64,000 nucleotides of DNA, from the sequence record OP752703.1; one strand, given 5' to 3'. The notes below the pieces were generated by a model. It ran no database searches and was not told the origin of the DNA. It saw only the letters and a list, made by a program, of their open reading frames with translations. Below, in pieces: positions 1 to 9,536 of this stretch. The position numbers and the translations under genes were made by a program. Within the stretch, counting starts at the first letter, position 1. Every line of letters begins with the position of its first letter.

Positions 1-833
1 CCGCCCCTTGAAGGGAAGCGAGCGTAGCTTAGGAACCAATAATCCATACATGCATGGTCATACTTAACGTCAAGGTTCTGTTCAGCGCGTAGAGGCTTCA
101 ATACTTCTTCAACTACTTCGTCTCCAAGATGCATATTAGCATAATCGCCGTACTTTAGATTCATCTTTAGAACGGCAGCAGTTTCAGTGTCGCCTGCGGC
201 TTCGGCAGCTTCAATCTGAGCCTTAATCTCGTCGTCCTTTCCAGCCTTCCACGCATCATATGTTTCTAGAACCTTCTTTAGGTAATCAACCGTAACAGCA
301 GGATCACTATAACCTTCACCTAGAGGCACTACACTCTTTAGGGACTCGAACACATCTTCACGGATCATCATGTGAGCAATCTCACCGACCTTTCCACTAT
401 AATCCTTCATACCGAATAGATTACCGTGCATGGCTTCACCTAGAGCATCGAAAGTCTCAAAGGGATCATCCTTACATTCATTGTAACGAACATAACCCTT
501 ATCGGCTAGACCTGACACGTCATCAGATGCATTCCAACCTAGATCGTCTGGACCCTTTGCAATGCCTTCACGGTGTGGCTTGCGGCGAGTTAGGCTTCGC
601 TCAAAGAAGTGAGTAAATGCCTTTAGCTTACCTTCCTGACCATCATCGGGGGTCATCCAACCGTAGTCAGAGTATTCACCGTAGACGGGAAGCGGGATGA
701 TTTCCCATGCCCAATTGTTGTAGCAGTAGCTTTGGTAGTCACGTACAACCTCAACCAATAGGAACATTACAACACGTTCGCCATCGTGGATAGGAAGCTG
801 AGTTAGACCGCAAGTTTTATTCCAAGAACCCAT
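1..833 (-). CDS. hypothetical protein, 3'-truncated by window edge
   Basis: ATG at 833 (MGSWNKTCGLTQLPIHDGERVVMFLL...); both ends translated by hand, no stop before position 1. Confidence 0.75.
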   Translation of the reverse strand, partial: MGSWNKTCGLTQLPIHDGERVVMFLLVEVVRDYQSYCYNNWAWEIIPLPVYGEYSDYGWMTPDDGQEGKLKAFTHFFERSLTRRKPHREGIAKGPDDLGWNASDDVSGLADKGYVRYNECKDDPFETFDALGEAMHGNLFGMKDYSGKVGEIAHMMIREDVFESLKSVVPLGEGYSDPAVTVDYLKKVLETYDAWKAGKDDEIKAQIEAAEAAGDTETAAVLKMNLKYGDYANMHLGDEVVEEVLKPLRAEQNLDVKYDHACMDYWFLSYARFPSRG

Positions 834-844
834 TTAGTTATACC

Positions 845-1348
845 TTAAATGTTGAAGTGAGACTTTAGCTGCGCAATGGTATCAGCAGCAGAAGTGTGTA
901 GTACACCATGTCCGCCAGCAGCAACCCATGGATCAATAGACTTTGCACGGTCATCGATTAGAATGCCCTGCACACCGTCTACAACAGCGTATGCTGCCTT
1001 GTCCGGGGACTTCGGTACAACGATGCACTCAATGTCCGGGTAGTGTTCAGCGTACCAATCACGCTTCTGCTGCGGACCTTCCTTCGGAGTGTAACCAGAA
1101 GCGGTTAGAATCTTAACCGTTTCAAAGTTAGCGATTAGGAAGTCTAGTAGTTCATCAGCATCTTCCATCTTCGGTAGATGGCGGAAGAACGGCTCAACGG
1201 TATCGTTACGGCGCTGAACTAGAGTCCAGAACTCAGACTTCTTAACGAAGTCTTCCGGGCGCTTACCAAAATGAATGCGGCAGTATTCCGACATGTCCGC
1301 GACGACGCCATCACTGTCAACAAAAATCGGGGTCTTAATCTTAGTCAT
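845..1348 (-). CDS. HAD-superfamily 5'(3')-deoxyribonucleotidase-like phosphatase
   Basis: DSDGVVAD motif I and LIDD motif IV. Confidence 0.8.
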   Translation of the reverse strand: MTKIKTPIFVDSDGVVADMSEYCRIHFGKRPEDFVKKSEFWTLVQRRNDTVEPFFRHLPKMEDADELLDFLIANFETVKILTASGYTPKEGPQQKRDWYAEHYPDIECIVVPKSPDKAAYAVVDGVQGILIDDRAKSIDPWVAAGGHGVLHTSAADTIAQLKSHFNI

Positions 1349-1385
1349 TATATTCTCGTTAAATGTATTAGTCCTAACGCAAGCG

Positions 1386-1874
1386 TTAGATAGAACTGAA
1401 ATGTGAAAGGGTTAGCATGGGAGTGTCACAGCCCGGAATAACGTGTCGTGACAGTAGTAGCCAAAGGCTGTAAGGGTAGGTAGTGAATCCATTCTTTACT
1501 ACGGTTTCAAGGGAAACCGCATTTTTGATGTTATCTTCCTGTCGCCTGTAATCAGCCTCAACACTGGCAGAAGCCTCTTTGATACTTTTTACGAAAGTAC
1601 GGTTAGGTTTGTCTGCGAACACTTCTTTGAAGAAGCCGTGGGTGAAGCCCATACGATCTTTGTAGAATTCTTCAAATGAAGGAAGGGCGTAAACTGACAA
1701 AGTTCCACTCTTATAAAGGACTCCGGCCATGTGAATTAGATGCTTCACAAAGTCTTCTTCATCCTTCACGATGAAGTTAGCAGTAGTGGCATAGCTAGTA
1801 TAGGTCAAGCACATAGGGAACTGCTTCAAGTTAGTCTCTTTGAAGCTATCGGGCCATTGGTAGTCGGTAGTCAC
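1386..1874 (-). CDS. hypothetical protein
   Basis: 162-aa ORF behind a consensus sigma70 promoter. Confidence 0.7.
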   Translation of the reverse strand: MTTDYQWPDSFKETNLKQFPMCLTYTSYATTANFIVKDEEDFVKHLIHMAGVLYKSGTLSVYALPSFEEFYKDRMGFTHGFFKEVFADKPNRTFVKSIKEASASVEADYRRQEDNIKNAVSLETVVKNGFTTYPYSLWLLLSRHVIPGCDTPMLTLSHFSSI

Positions 1875-1903
1875 TTCGTTATCCTTCGTATTAGTGTCTG
1901 CAA

Positions 1904-1932
1904 ATTATAGGCCATAGATGGTAGTCTGTCAA
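1904..1932 (-). promoter_or_regulatory. sigma70 promoter
   Basis: TTGACA-17 nt-TATAAT. Confidence 0.85.
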
Positions 1933-1940
1933 CTCTTGGG

Positions 1941-1949
1941 TAATAAATA
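1941..1949 (+). promoter_or_regulatory. putative late promoter (T4 gp55 type)
   Basis: TAATAAATA immediately before AGGA RBS and ATG 1960. Confidence 0.55.
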
Positions 1950-1959
1950 AGGATTAAAC

Positions 1960-2361
1960 ATGGAAACCATAATGACCAAACATATTAAAGATATCTTCGA
2001 GGCTGTAAAGAACAAGAACAATGAAACTGTTCGCCTAGAAGAGCAGTATAACATCGGTGAGGCTGCAAAGGCACTACAAGAAACTCGTAGGCTAGTTAAG
2101 TCAATGGACGAATTCCTAGGAGGCGAATTCGCTACCGCTTTCAAGAGTATGCACATGGACCCTCGCAACATCGAGGATGGTGTCAGTGAGCTACAGGGAA
2201 AGCTAGAGCAGTACAAGAAAGGACTGGATGTTCAATTAGACAATCTAAGGGATTACCTAGACGAAGTACACATGTACTTGAACCCTGAGTCTGTCAATAA
2301 GGACACCCATAGACAAGACTATAAAAGATGGAATAGATGGGATAATCCCAAGGGAGAGTAA
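1960..2361 (+). CDS. hypothetical late protein, coiled-coil-like
   Basis: 133-aa ORF with RBS, phage codon usage. Confidence 0.7.
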   Translation: METIMTKHIKDIFEAVKNKNNETVRLEEQYNIGEAAKALQETRRLVKSMDEFLGGEFATAFKSMHMDPRNIEDGVSELQGKLEQYKKGLDVQLDNLRDYLDEVHMYLNPESVNKDTHRQDYKRWNRWDNPKGE

Positions 2362-2565
2362 ATGAAACTCAGTGATTTAGTTGTATTGAATGAAGTATTG
2401 CGTAAGGTTGACGGTAAGTGGGCGCTAGTAAGTCCAAAGACTGGCAAAGCGCTACGTTACTACAAGGGTGAGGGCAAGCCTTCACAAGAGTGGGTTGACG
2501 AACAGGAACGCCAAGTAGAATACTTCAAGAACAAAGATAAGATTGATGCAGAAAAGGGAGCGTAA
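2362..2565 (+). CDS. small hypothetical late/virion-like protein
   Basis: MKLSDLVVLNE leader, RKVDGKWALVS. Confidence 0.7.
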   Translation: MKLSDLVVLNEVLRKVDGKWALVSPKTGKALRYYKGEGKPSQEWVDEQERQVEYFKNKDKIDAEKGA

Positions 2566-2580
2566 GCTCCCTTTTCTTTT
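2551..2580. terminator. bidirectional intrinsic terminator
   Basis: GAAAAGGGAGC-GTAA-GCTCCCTTTTC between convergent genes. Confidence 0.85.
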
Positions 2581-2761
2581 AACCTAGTAGAACTTGTCCG
2601 CCGTTGCCTGCCATTGGAATCACGGCTGCGGATGTGCGCTCGGATTCGGGAAGGTTAGCAACTAAAATATCAGCCTGAGTCTTTGACACGCCTTCCGTTA
2701 GGACGCGAGCGCCGACAACAACCTTATACTTTACAGTCGTTTCGTTTAGATTTTGTGACAT
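2579..2761 (-). CDS. hypothetical protein
   Basis: 60-aa ORF with GGAG RBS. Confidence 0.65.
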   Translation of the reverse strand: MSQNLNETTVKYKVVVGARVLTEGVSKTQADILVANLPESERTSAAVIPMAGNGGQVLLG

Positions 2762-2800
2762 TGGGTATATCTCCTTGTATAAGGGTATATAGTATCACAA

Positions 2801-3256
2801 TTAGTTTTCGATATCAATAATCACGACTTTAACGTCAGGGTATACGATCATTAGACGGTTAATAGTGGGGAGAACTTGTGTTTCCCAATTTAGACCGCCA
2901 AGCTTCCCGCCAATCTTCGGCATCTTCAATTCTAGATTGTAGTCATCACAGAATTCAAAGGCAGTCGCTAGACCCTTAGCAATGGCATTCGGGTCGGCAT
3001 ATACCTTACCGTCATTACCAAAGAACTCTTGACCCCATAGATTGGCGACATATAGGCCATCTTCAATACTTACGAACTGAACCTTACCCATAGCCGCTGC
3101 ACCTTGTACGTGAGTACGATAGGCTTCATATACTTCCGGCCATTTATTGCGGATAGCTTTCGCCACACCGCTTCCCATAACGCCCTGTGCATTTACTGAA
3201 TGTAGAATAAGACCTGACGTTTCTGCGGTGATATCCGCGTTTAAATAACTAAGCAT
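2801..3256 (-). CDS. macro-domain (ADP-ribose processing) protein
   Basis: HSVNAQGVMGSGVAKAI and MPKIGGKLGGL macro signatures. Confidence 0.85.
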   Translation of the reverse strand: MLSYLNADITAETSGLILHSVNAQGVMGSGVAKAIRNKWPEVYEAYRTHVQGAAAMGKVQFVSIEDGLYVANLWGQEFFGNDGKVYADPNAIAKGLATAFEFCDDYNLELKMPKIGGKLGGLNWETQVLPTINRLMIVYPDVKVVIIDIEN

Positions 3257-3277
3257 GTTGTTTACCTTAAATGAAAT

Positions 3278-3328
3278 GAGGACTCCGAAGAGTCCTCACA
3301 TTATGATCTGGTGTAACCTGATTGTCAA
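3278..3328 (-). promoter_or_regulatory. sigma70 promoter next to terminator hairpin
   Basis: TTGACA-17-CATAAT (3300-3328); hairpin GAGGACT...AGTCCTC 3278-3297. Confidence 0.7.
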
Positions 3329-3546
3329 GCTACGATTGCACGAAGTTCATTTAGACCGCCGATATAAGCATCATCCTTGAAAATCTGAGGGACTGAGCGA
3401 ACCGGTGAGCCTACGCGTTCTTCTAGAACTGACTTCTCTACGTCCTTACCGACAGTGTATTCGGTAAATTCAATTTCCTTTGATTTAAGGATTGACTTGG
3501 CCTGCATGCACTGTGAGCAGGCTGGGGTTGAGTAGATTTCGATCAT
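3325..3546 (-). CDS. glutaredoxin
   Basis: CSQC active site, SVPQIF, YIGG. Confidence 0.9.
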   Translation of the reverse strand: MIEIYSTPACSQCMQAKSILKSKEIEFTEYTVGKDVEKSVLEERVGSPVRSVPQIFKDDAYIGGLNELRAIVA

Positions 3547-3550
3547 TCTA

Positions 3551-3808
3551 TTAGCCCTTCTGAGGCCATACAGGCACGCCGTAGTGAGCGGCTAGCTTAT
3601 CACAGCCACCAATGTAGGTGCCGTTTAGAACGATCTGTGGGACGGTATGGACAACTGCACCGATGGATTCCTGTAGCTGTTCCTTGGTTTCAAAGCCCGG
3701 CTGACCCTTTAGGACTTCACGGAAGGTTACGCCCTGTTCCTTTAGGATTTCTTTAGCGCGGACGCAGTAGGGGCAAGTTGCGGTTGTGTAGATGATTGTT
3801 TCTGACAT
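3551..3808 (-). CDS. glutaredoxin
   Basis: CPYC active site, TVPQI, YIGG. Confidence 0.9.
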   Translation of the reverse strand: MSETIIYTTATCPYCVRAKEILKEQGVTFREVLKGQPGFETKEQLQESIGAVVHTVPQIVLNGTYIGGCDKLAAHYGVPVWPQKG

Positions 3809-3903
3809 TTCAGTGTTTCCTTATTTGTTGGTTATTGTACTACGTTTGTAATAATTTGGAAGAGTTGTAGATGAAAATGGCACCCTTCGGTGCCATTTTG
3901 TGT

Positions 3904-4200
3904 TTAGTCTTCCGACTTGCCTTCGGAAGGGCGACCTGTACGCTCGCGTTCCTTTGTGGCAAACTTCTTGACTGCTTGTAGATTTAGCATATTGTCGCGC
4001 TGTCCAACGTCTGGACTCTTAGCGGTTAGACGGCCATCTTGAATGAACTGTCGAACACGTGAAGGTGATACGCCGAGAATCTTTGCAGCCTGCTTAACTG
4101 TGATTAGTTCACCCAAGTCACCCGGTGCAGGGGCCTTGTCTACGTTCTTGTTTTCGTCTTCCGATTCATTGATGATCGGAGCTAGGTCTGATAGCTTCAT
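3904..4200 (-). CDS. winged-HTH (excisionase/MerR-like) DNA-binding protein
   Basis: ITVKQAAKILGVSPSRVRQFIQDGRL. Confidence 0.8.
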   Translation of the reverse strand: MKLSDLAPIINESEDENKNVDKAPAPGDLGELITVKQAAKILGVSPSRVRQFIQDGRLTAKSPDVGQRDNMLNLQAVKKFATKERERTGRPSEGKSED

Positions 4201-4226
4201 TTCTTTCCTTTAAAGGGTTGTAGAGA

Positions 4227-4868
4227 CTATTTATAGATTCTTTGGAGTCTTGGTAGTGCTACACCCGTTCCATAGTGGGCATACAGTGTTGCACCATCAT
4301 TACATGTAATCTCACGAACACCATAAGAACCTAGTTCAATCAATCTATTGGCCGAAGGATCAAATGCCATAATATCGGCACTAGTATCAGTTAAGTCATT
4401 GAATACCTTAACATCAGCAATTCCTAAATGCTCTAGAAATTGTAGAGCATCAGCTAGTAATACGCGCTTCCAAGCTTGATTACTTGGATTTTGTGTAGCC
4501 ATACTAAGCTCAACCTTCATAAAGGTTTCTTGATTCATGATACTGTTAGGGTAGCCCTGTGCATCGTAAGTATACTGTATATCGCCGCGACGGAAACATG
4601 GCGTGCAACTTACGTAATATTCGTCTTCACTTAGACGATCATCTGCTAGCATTTCAAGAAAACCTTGCTCTGCCGAACCCACTAAGTGTTTATATTGACC
4701 ATCGGTCGCACTCACAATGAATGCGGCACTCTGGTCCGGTAGAGTGATATTAGAAATATTCGGGCGAACCATCCACGGAGCCTCAAAGGATGTATATCCT
4801 TGTGCTTTGTAGAATTCCATGGCGCGACCCAATAGACTGTAATCGATTTCGGTTGAATCTATAAACAT
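4227..4868 (-). CDS. class II aminoacyl-tRNA synthetase-like catalytic core
   Basis: motif1 FEAPW, motif2 CFRRGD..FMKVE, ELGS, motif3 GTGVALPR; only 213 aa. Confidence 0.75.
   Translation of the reverse strand: MFIDSTEIDYSLLGRAMEFYKAQGYTSFEAPWMVRPNISNITLPDQSAAFIVSATDGQYKHLVGSAEQGFLEMLADDRLSEDEYYVSCTPCFRRGDIQYTYDAQGYPNSIMNQETFMKVELSMATQNPSNQAWKRVLLADALQFLEHLGIADVKVFNDLTDTSADIMAFDPSANRLIELGSYGVREITCNDGATLYAHYGTGVALPRLQRIYK
4228..4235 (-). promoter_or_regulatory. T4-type late promoter
   Basis: exact TATAAATA 28 nt upstream of HTH gene ATG. Confidence 0.65.
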
Positions 4869-5054
4869 ATTAAAGCCCTCTTGGCTTATATTAAATCACT
4901 TTCTTTAATACCCATTCTATGATGGTTTTTAGTGATGAATTGTTAATCGTTCGACTAGTGTCGTATGTTTTAATATTGTGGGGGTTGCAACAACAGCATT
5001 TTCTATTAGCTTTCTTCTTTCGTAGAACGCTAGGGGGTATCATATGTGAAGGCA

Positions 5055-5333
5055 TTACTTCCCCCTCGGTGTTCGGTGACCATTAGCGAATGCTCGCTGG
5101 GTAATATCTGACATTTTCTTAATATCTTCCATAGTCATGGAAGGGAAATTGTGTTCAAGATATCCATTGATTGCAGCATAAAGGTCCGCTAATTCAACAA
5201 GAGTCATGATTTTGCACTCTTGTTTTTCCGAATCAATAATTTCTAGAACTTCTTCTAAGAGTTTACTGGATGTGCCATAAACTCCGCGAGGAATTGTATC
5301 AATATGATAGCCGTAATTGTCGTTACCATCCAT
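5055..5333 (-). CDS. MazG-like nucleotide pyrophosphohydrolase
   Basis: KLLEEVLE...ELADL acidic motif; start re-assigned to ATG 5333. Confidence 0.55.
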   Translation of the reverse strand: MDGNDNYGYHIDTIPRGVYGTSSKLLEEVLEIIDSEKQECKIMTLVELADLYAAINGYLEHNFPSMTMEDIKKMSDITQRAFANGHRTPRGK

Positions 5334-5805
5334 AAGTTGGACTCGACAAAAGAATATCAAAAGAAGACTTAAGTTCTTTAGCTCGATTATTACGATATTC
5401 TACTACTGCATCGGCTAATAGTTTTCTATATTTGTTTTTAATGCTTGCATTCGTTTTGAAAATGTAAGTAATAATTGTAGAAATGTCCTCATTCAGAGTG
5501 AGGCCATGACGTGAGAACACAAAATCCGACATTACAAAACGCGGCTGTGGAACTGAATTATCATAATACCAATCTTCTGGATTAGCTAGCGCACCAAGGT
5601 AGAAGTATTCATTTTCATAATCAAACGTAAAAGTTACTTGCAATGTTTGATTTGATGTTAGTGTTTCCGCCGTATCGCTACTCGCAAAAACAGTAGTTCT
5701 TTTTAGTTCAGCCGTTACTTCTTCTAGAATATTCTCTAGTTTCTTCTGAACTTCTATGAATTCATCAGATTTAAAATTGAGAAATAGTGGATAATCGTTT
5801 GACAT
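5323..5805 (-). CDS. hypothetical protein
   Basis: ORF track; start at ATG 5805 coupled to upstream stop. Confidence 0.7.
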   Translation of the reverse strand: MSNDYPLFLNFKSDEFIEVQKKLENILEEVTAELKRTTVFASSDTAETLTSNQTLQVTFTFDYENEYFYLGALANPEDWYYDNSVPQPRFVMSDFVFSRHGLTLNEDISTIITYIFKTNASIKNKYRKLLADAVVEYRNNRAKELKSSFDILLSSPTYGW

Positions 5806-6062
5806 TAGTTTTCCTTGCAAGTAAAGTTCTGAATTTCGTATGTATTCAGATTAATTTTCTTTCCAGATGCAGTTTGAATGGTAAATGTCTGCACTCCATA
5901 CTTCTCAGAAGTCCAAACCTCTACATTTTTCGCATCATATGCGAAGTTAAGTGAAGAATCGCGTGAGTGTGTGCAGTGAATTAGCCCATCATTCGTTACA
6001 GGCGGTGTTGAAGCGCAACCTGCAAGAAGAAGGGCCATTCCAAATAGAATGGTTCCCTTCAT
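5805..6062 (-). CDS. putative lipoprotein
   Basis: signal peptide with LAG-C lipobox. Confidence 0.75.
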   Translation of the reverse strand: MKGTILFGMALLLAGCASTPPVTNDGLIHCTHSRDSSLNFAYDAKNVEVWTSEKYGVQTFTIQTASGKKINLNTYEIQNFTCKEN

Positions 6063-6064
6063 TA

Positions 6065-6385
6065 TTATCGATCCTTAGATTGTTCAATCAAACGTAGTGA
6101 CGGGGAAACCTGATAGAACAGGTTACGACAGTCTTCCATTAGATTGTCGAAGACGATTTCTGAGTCATATGAGGCACCGCTAGTTTCGGCTAGCTCAAAA
6201 AGGTCCATAAATAGTTTGGACTTGATTGCATCCATGCGTTCATCAACACGCTGGCTACCAGTTGAAGGTAGGTTCTTTGCAATGAAGTCCGCATAAGTGG
6301 CTTTATCAGTGGTACTTAGCGGCTCTTTGTTAGGTAGAATTTTTTCTTTCATCAGTTTTTCCTTGTAATTCTCATTGTATAGCAT
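6065..6385 (-). CDS. hypothetical protein
   Basis: ORF track, operon context. Confidence 0.65.
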   Translation of the reverse strand: MLYNENYKEKLMKEKILPNKEPLSTTDKATYADFIAKNLPSTGSQRVDERMDAIKSKLFMDLFELAETSGASYDSEIVFDNLMEDCRNLFYQVSPSLRLIEQSKDR

Positions 6386-6403
6386 CTTTAGGAGAAAGTA
6401 AAC

Positions 6404-6595
6404 ATGCGAACAATACTCAACTTCATATTCATGACCGTATACTTAATCTTGATAGGCTACGGAGCGTCAGAAGTGGTTGCGGGTATACTCAATCCAGATG
6501 CAAATAGCATTCAACCAGTCCTAGCTATAGGATTGATTATAGCCGGACTGGTCGGGGTTGTAGATGTTGTTAGAGACTTCGGTGAATATTATTAA
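6404..6595 (+). CDS. small 2-TM membrane protein
   Basis: AGGAG RBS, two hydrophobic segments. Confidence 0.7.
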   Translation: MRTILNFIFMTVYLILIGYGASEVVAGILNPDANSIQPVLAIGLIIAGLVGVVDVVRDFGEYY

Positions 6596-6912
6596 TTGTT
6601 ATTGGATGGATTGAATACTTTCCACAATGAATTCATGGTATCGGTATCCAATCGATCATCTACAGAAAGCGCAGATATGATTTCCGATTTATAGGAATCA
6701 GGGAAGTAAGACCATTGTACGAAAATCTCCGAAAAATCCCAACCATCATCCCAAACAACTTCAACACCATGATTATCAATATTAAAGGTTAATTCTTTTG
6801 AGATTGAGTTATTCGTGACAGACCATGATTGTAGCGAGTCGCCGTCTGATAGAGACGTATTGGAGTGTAGAATGAAATCTACTAGATAGTTTTTAAGTTT
6901 ACGAATATTCAT
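6592..6912 (-). CDS. hypothetical protein
   Basis: ORF track. Confidence 0.65.
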   Translation of the reverse strand: MNIRKLKNYLVDFILHSNTSLSDGDSLQSWSVTNNSISKELTFNIDNHGVEVVWDDGWDFSEIFVQWSYFPDSYKSEIISALSVDDRLDTDTMNSLWKVFNPSNNN

Positions 6913-7209
6913 TTAAATTTCCTTTGCACGTTCAAATGCATAGTAAAGGGCATCTTCTAGGTCGTACCATTCTACAGTGGACACATCCGTCCTGTCAATG
7001 GCAATGACCTCTTCTTTCTCACGCAGGCCGAGCCACGTCTTCACAGGATAGTGGAACTGATACTCACGTCGCATGGTTGCAGGGTCAGTCACCACAAATA
7101 GCTTGAAGCGCTGTGACGAATCCTCTACAAATCCCCAAAAGTCCTCACGGTATTCCGCGAAGTTGGCTCGGTTGATTAGGAAGTTGCGGATTTCTTTGTA
7201 AGCGTTCAT
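6913..7209 (-). CDS. hypothetical protein
   Basis: GGAG RBS, ATG 7209. Confidence 0.7.
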   Translation of the reverse strand: MNAYKEIRNFLINRANFAEYREDFWGFVEDSSQRFKLFVVTDPATMRREYQFHYPVKTWLGLREKEEVIAIDRTDVSTVEWYDLEDALYYAFERAKEI

Positions 7210-7224
7210 TAGAATCTCCAAATA

Positions 7225-7276
7225 CAGAAGGCCGGTGCTACAGGGTTAATTATAGCACCGGCCTTCTGATTGTCAA
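7225..7276 (-). promoter_or_regulatory. sigma70 promoter embedded in a perfect 16-bp inverted repeat
   Basis: TTGACA-16-TATAAT; CAGAAGGCCGGTGCTA...TAGCACCGGCCTTCTG. Confidence 0.8.
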
Positions 7277-7280
7277 CTAC

Positions 7281-7685
7281 TTACTGCGAGAATCGCTTAA
7301 TCAGCTTATTCAAGCAACTTTCGATACAGGCCACACGCTCCGCATCTACTTTGTTACTTTGCTTTAGTAGTTCTTCATTGATACGTTCTTTAACAAGTTC
7401 GTAGGGGAAATTGCGAAGGAACGGTAGAATGTTTGTATCCGGGCAGCAGTCAATGACGACGCTAACTGGTCGGGTACTTTTATAGCTACCCGCAAATGCA
7501 ATTTCTAGTTCATCGAAACGAAGGTAGTCACGCTCTGGATTATCAACAACGTTTTTACTGCCCTTCGATCCGTAAATGTATTGACCGTTAACTCGCATAC
7601 CAGAGACTTTGGAACCAGATGATACGAGAATCGAATCGATCTGATAGCCTACGTTGGTATACAATTTTTGCAAATCGTCATTCAT
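7281..7685 (-). CDS. hypothetical protein
   Basis: ORF track. Confidence 0.7.
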   Translation of the reverse strand: MNDDLQKLYTNVGYQIDSILVSSGSKVSGMRVNGQYIYGSKGSKNVVDNPERDYLRFDELEIAFAGSYKSTRPVSVVIDCCPDTNILPFLRNFPYELVKERINEELLKQSNKVDAERVACIESCLNKLIKRFSQ

Positions 7686-8235
7686 TTTCTATTAGTTCCT
7701 CTAGATTTGTATAGTCAAATAGGAAGTCTTGAATTTCCATTCTGACCTGTTCTTCATTTTCAAACGTAGGCATATCCTTCAACATTAGAAAATTGTTGTA
7801 GAACGAATACTTCATGTATGCGTATGTGTGATTACGTGTTGCCGGGGCTGACTTAATCTTGGTTCGGATTGCGTCAAAGTCACATGTTAGCTTTGTACCA
7901 TCATTGATATATTCAATAGAAGCTAGCATGATTTCAGGAATTTCCTCTTCTGAATTCGCCAGAAGAGAAAATTTAACCTTGAAAAAGTTACCTACAGCCG
8001 CATAAGCATACGTATCATAGTCAACGTAATCATGACCTCTTGTCGAGCGATTCATCACCTTATGGAAATTCATCACCTGACGGTTCAGCATAATAAGCGT
8101 ACCGGGTTGATAATTTAAGATTGCGCAAAGCCTTTCTGTTAACGTTGTCGCATCTTGGTAATCACTACCATGCATAGACTTGGTACTACCATGCATTCTA
8201 TCATTTAGTGTGCAAAGTAGCTTACACTCGTCCAT
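7678..8235 (-). CDS. hypothetical protein with C-terminal DFLFDYT motif
   Basis: ORF track; tail shared with the next two genes. Confidence 0.7.
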   Translation of the reverse strand: MDECKLLCTLNDRMHGSTKSMHGSDYQDATTLTERLCAILNYQPGTLIMLNRQVMNFHKVMNRSTRGHDYVDYDTYAYAAVGNFFKVKFSLLANSEEEIPEIMLASIEYINDGTKLTCDFDAIRTKIKSAPATRNHTYAYMKYSFYNNFLMLKDMPTFENEEQVRMEIQDFLFDYTNLEELIENE

Positions 8236-8765
8236 TACCAGTTACTCTCAATGTCTGTGAAGTCGAATAGAATGTCTAGAAGAATGTCGATCTGCTCGGT
8301 GTTACCTTCGGGGCCAGCATCATCTGCTAGCTCTTCGTGGGTGTCCACAAAATCACCAAATGATTGATTTGGATCGCCCTGTAGAATGTCTACGTTAGAC
8401 TCTAGAGCAAAACTCTCAGAGAACTCAAACACCTTACCGTTAGTTTCTAGAGTCATTGAAGTGACTACCGCAGCAAATTTATGGGTACGGCGATTGTAAC
8501 CTAGATTAACGTATAGGTTTAGACCGTCAACAACTTCAATGGTTGTCTTGTTAAATTCTAGATCGACGGACTTGTTGGTACTACGGAAATCATATCCGTC
8601 TTCACCTTCGTCTTCATCCGGGCTGTCGCCCGCCACTTCTTCTACGATTGAACGCAAGATGTTACGTGGGTGAAGACCCCATAGTGCTTCACGAATACCC
8701 GTTAGGGCGTCTAGACGACCGACCTGATCTAGATCGGATAGTAGTGATACTTTAATATTGCTCAT
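8235..8765 (-). CDS. acidic hypothetical protein with C-terminal DILFDFT motif
   Basis: ORF track. Confidence 0.75.
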   Translation of the reverse strand: MSNIKVSLLSDLDQVGRLDALTGIREALWGLHPRNILRSIVEEVAGDSPDEDEGEDGYDFRSTNKSVDLEFNKTTIEVVDGLNLYVNLGYNRRTHKFAAVVTSMTLETNGKVFEFSESFALESNVDILQGDPNQSFGDFVDTHEELADDAGPEGNTEQIDILLDILFDFTDIESNW

Positions 8766-8817
8766 AATTATCTGATTTTAATGTTAGAAGAGTGAGAGAT
8801 TATACCGCAAGGACGCA

Positions 8818-9414
8818 TTAAGCGTCCATGTGGTCTGCTAGATCGGTGGTGTCTAGTAGGAAGTCAATCAGGATAGCGACGATCTGATCGTTCTCAGCTA
8901 GGGTTAGACCCTTGTACTGATCGAAGTTCGGATTTAGTTCATCGAATTCCTTCTGTTCGGTGTCTGACAGAGTAGTGGTTAGAGCATGGTTAGCATCCAT
9001 TAGCTGCTTTACGTGATCGGCAGTACCGCAACGAACTAGGTCCATCGGTAGCGGAAGTAGGAACTCCTGCTCGTCGTTCGGGCTTAGGGTAGCGTATAGG
9101 GTGATATCGTAAATCTTACGAGTACCACTCACTAGCATGCTGCTGCAACGTAGGTCGATTGCATCATGTGATACGCGGGTGTTAACACCATCGATCACTT
9201 CTTCACTGTCCGATAGGTGGACTAGACGCGGATGCTGGATGTAGGTGGTGTGTTCGTAGTGGTCAGCAATGAACTGCTTGAAGTTGTTGAAGAAGGTCGG
9301 GTGGGAAGTTACTAGCTGTGCGCCAATATCCGAGAAAGCTGCTAGGTATTCGTCCTGATCGACGGTTAGGTTTAGGGCGATCTTGGTCTTCTTCGGGGCA
9401 GTGTTGGTGGTCAT
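8818..9414 (-). CDS. hypothetical protein with C-terminal DFLLDTT motif
   Basis: ORF track, AAGGA RBS, strong CTA codon usage. Confidence 0.8.
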   Translation of the reverse strand: MTTNTAPKKTKIALNLTVDQDEYLAAFSDIGAQLVTSHPTFFNNFKQFIADHYEHTTYIQHPRLVHLSDSEEVIDGVNTRVSHDAIDLRCSSMLVSGTRKIYDITLYATLSPNDEQEFLLPLPMDLVRCGTADHVKQLMDANHALTTTLSDTEQKEFDELNPNFDQYKGLTLAENDQIVAILIDFLLDTTDLADHMDA

Positions 9415-9536
9415 ACGTTTAATTTCCTTTAGTGTGGTTTAGGTTGGTTTGTGTCGTTGCCGACTTGATGTGGAGAATGATACGGTGAATTATACTGCGT
9501 GTCAACTACTTGTTTTCTCTTAGATGAAAAAGATTT

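Noticed and set aside
3904-4200. Prophage excisionase/integration module
   Set aside because: No integrase or att site nearby; the HTH is under a late-type promoter in a lytic context.
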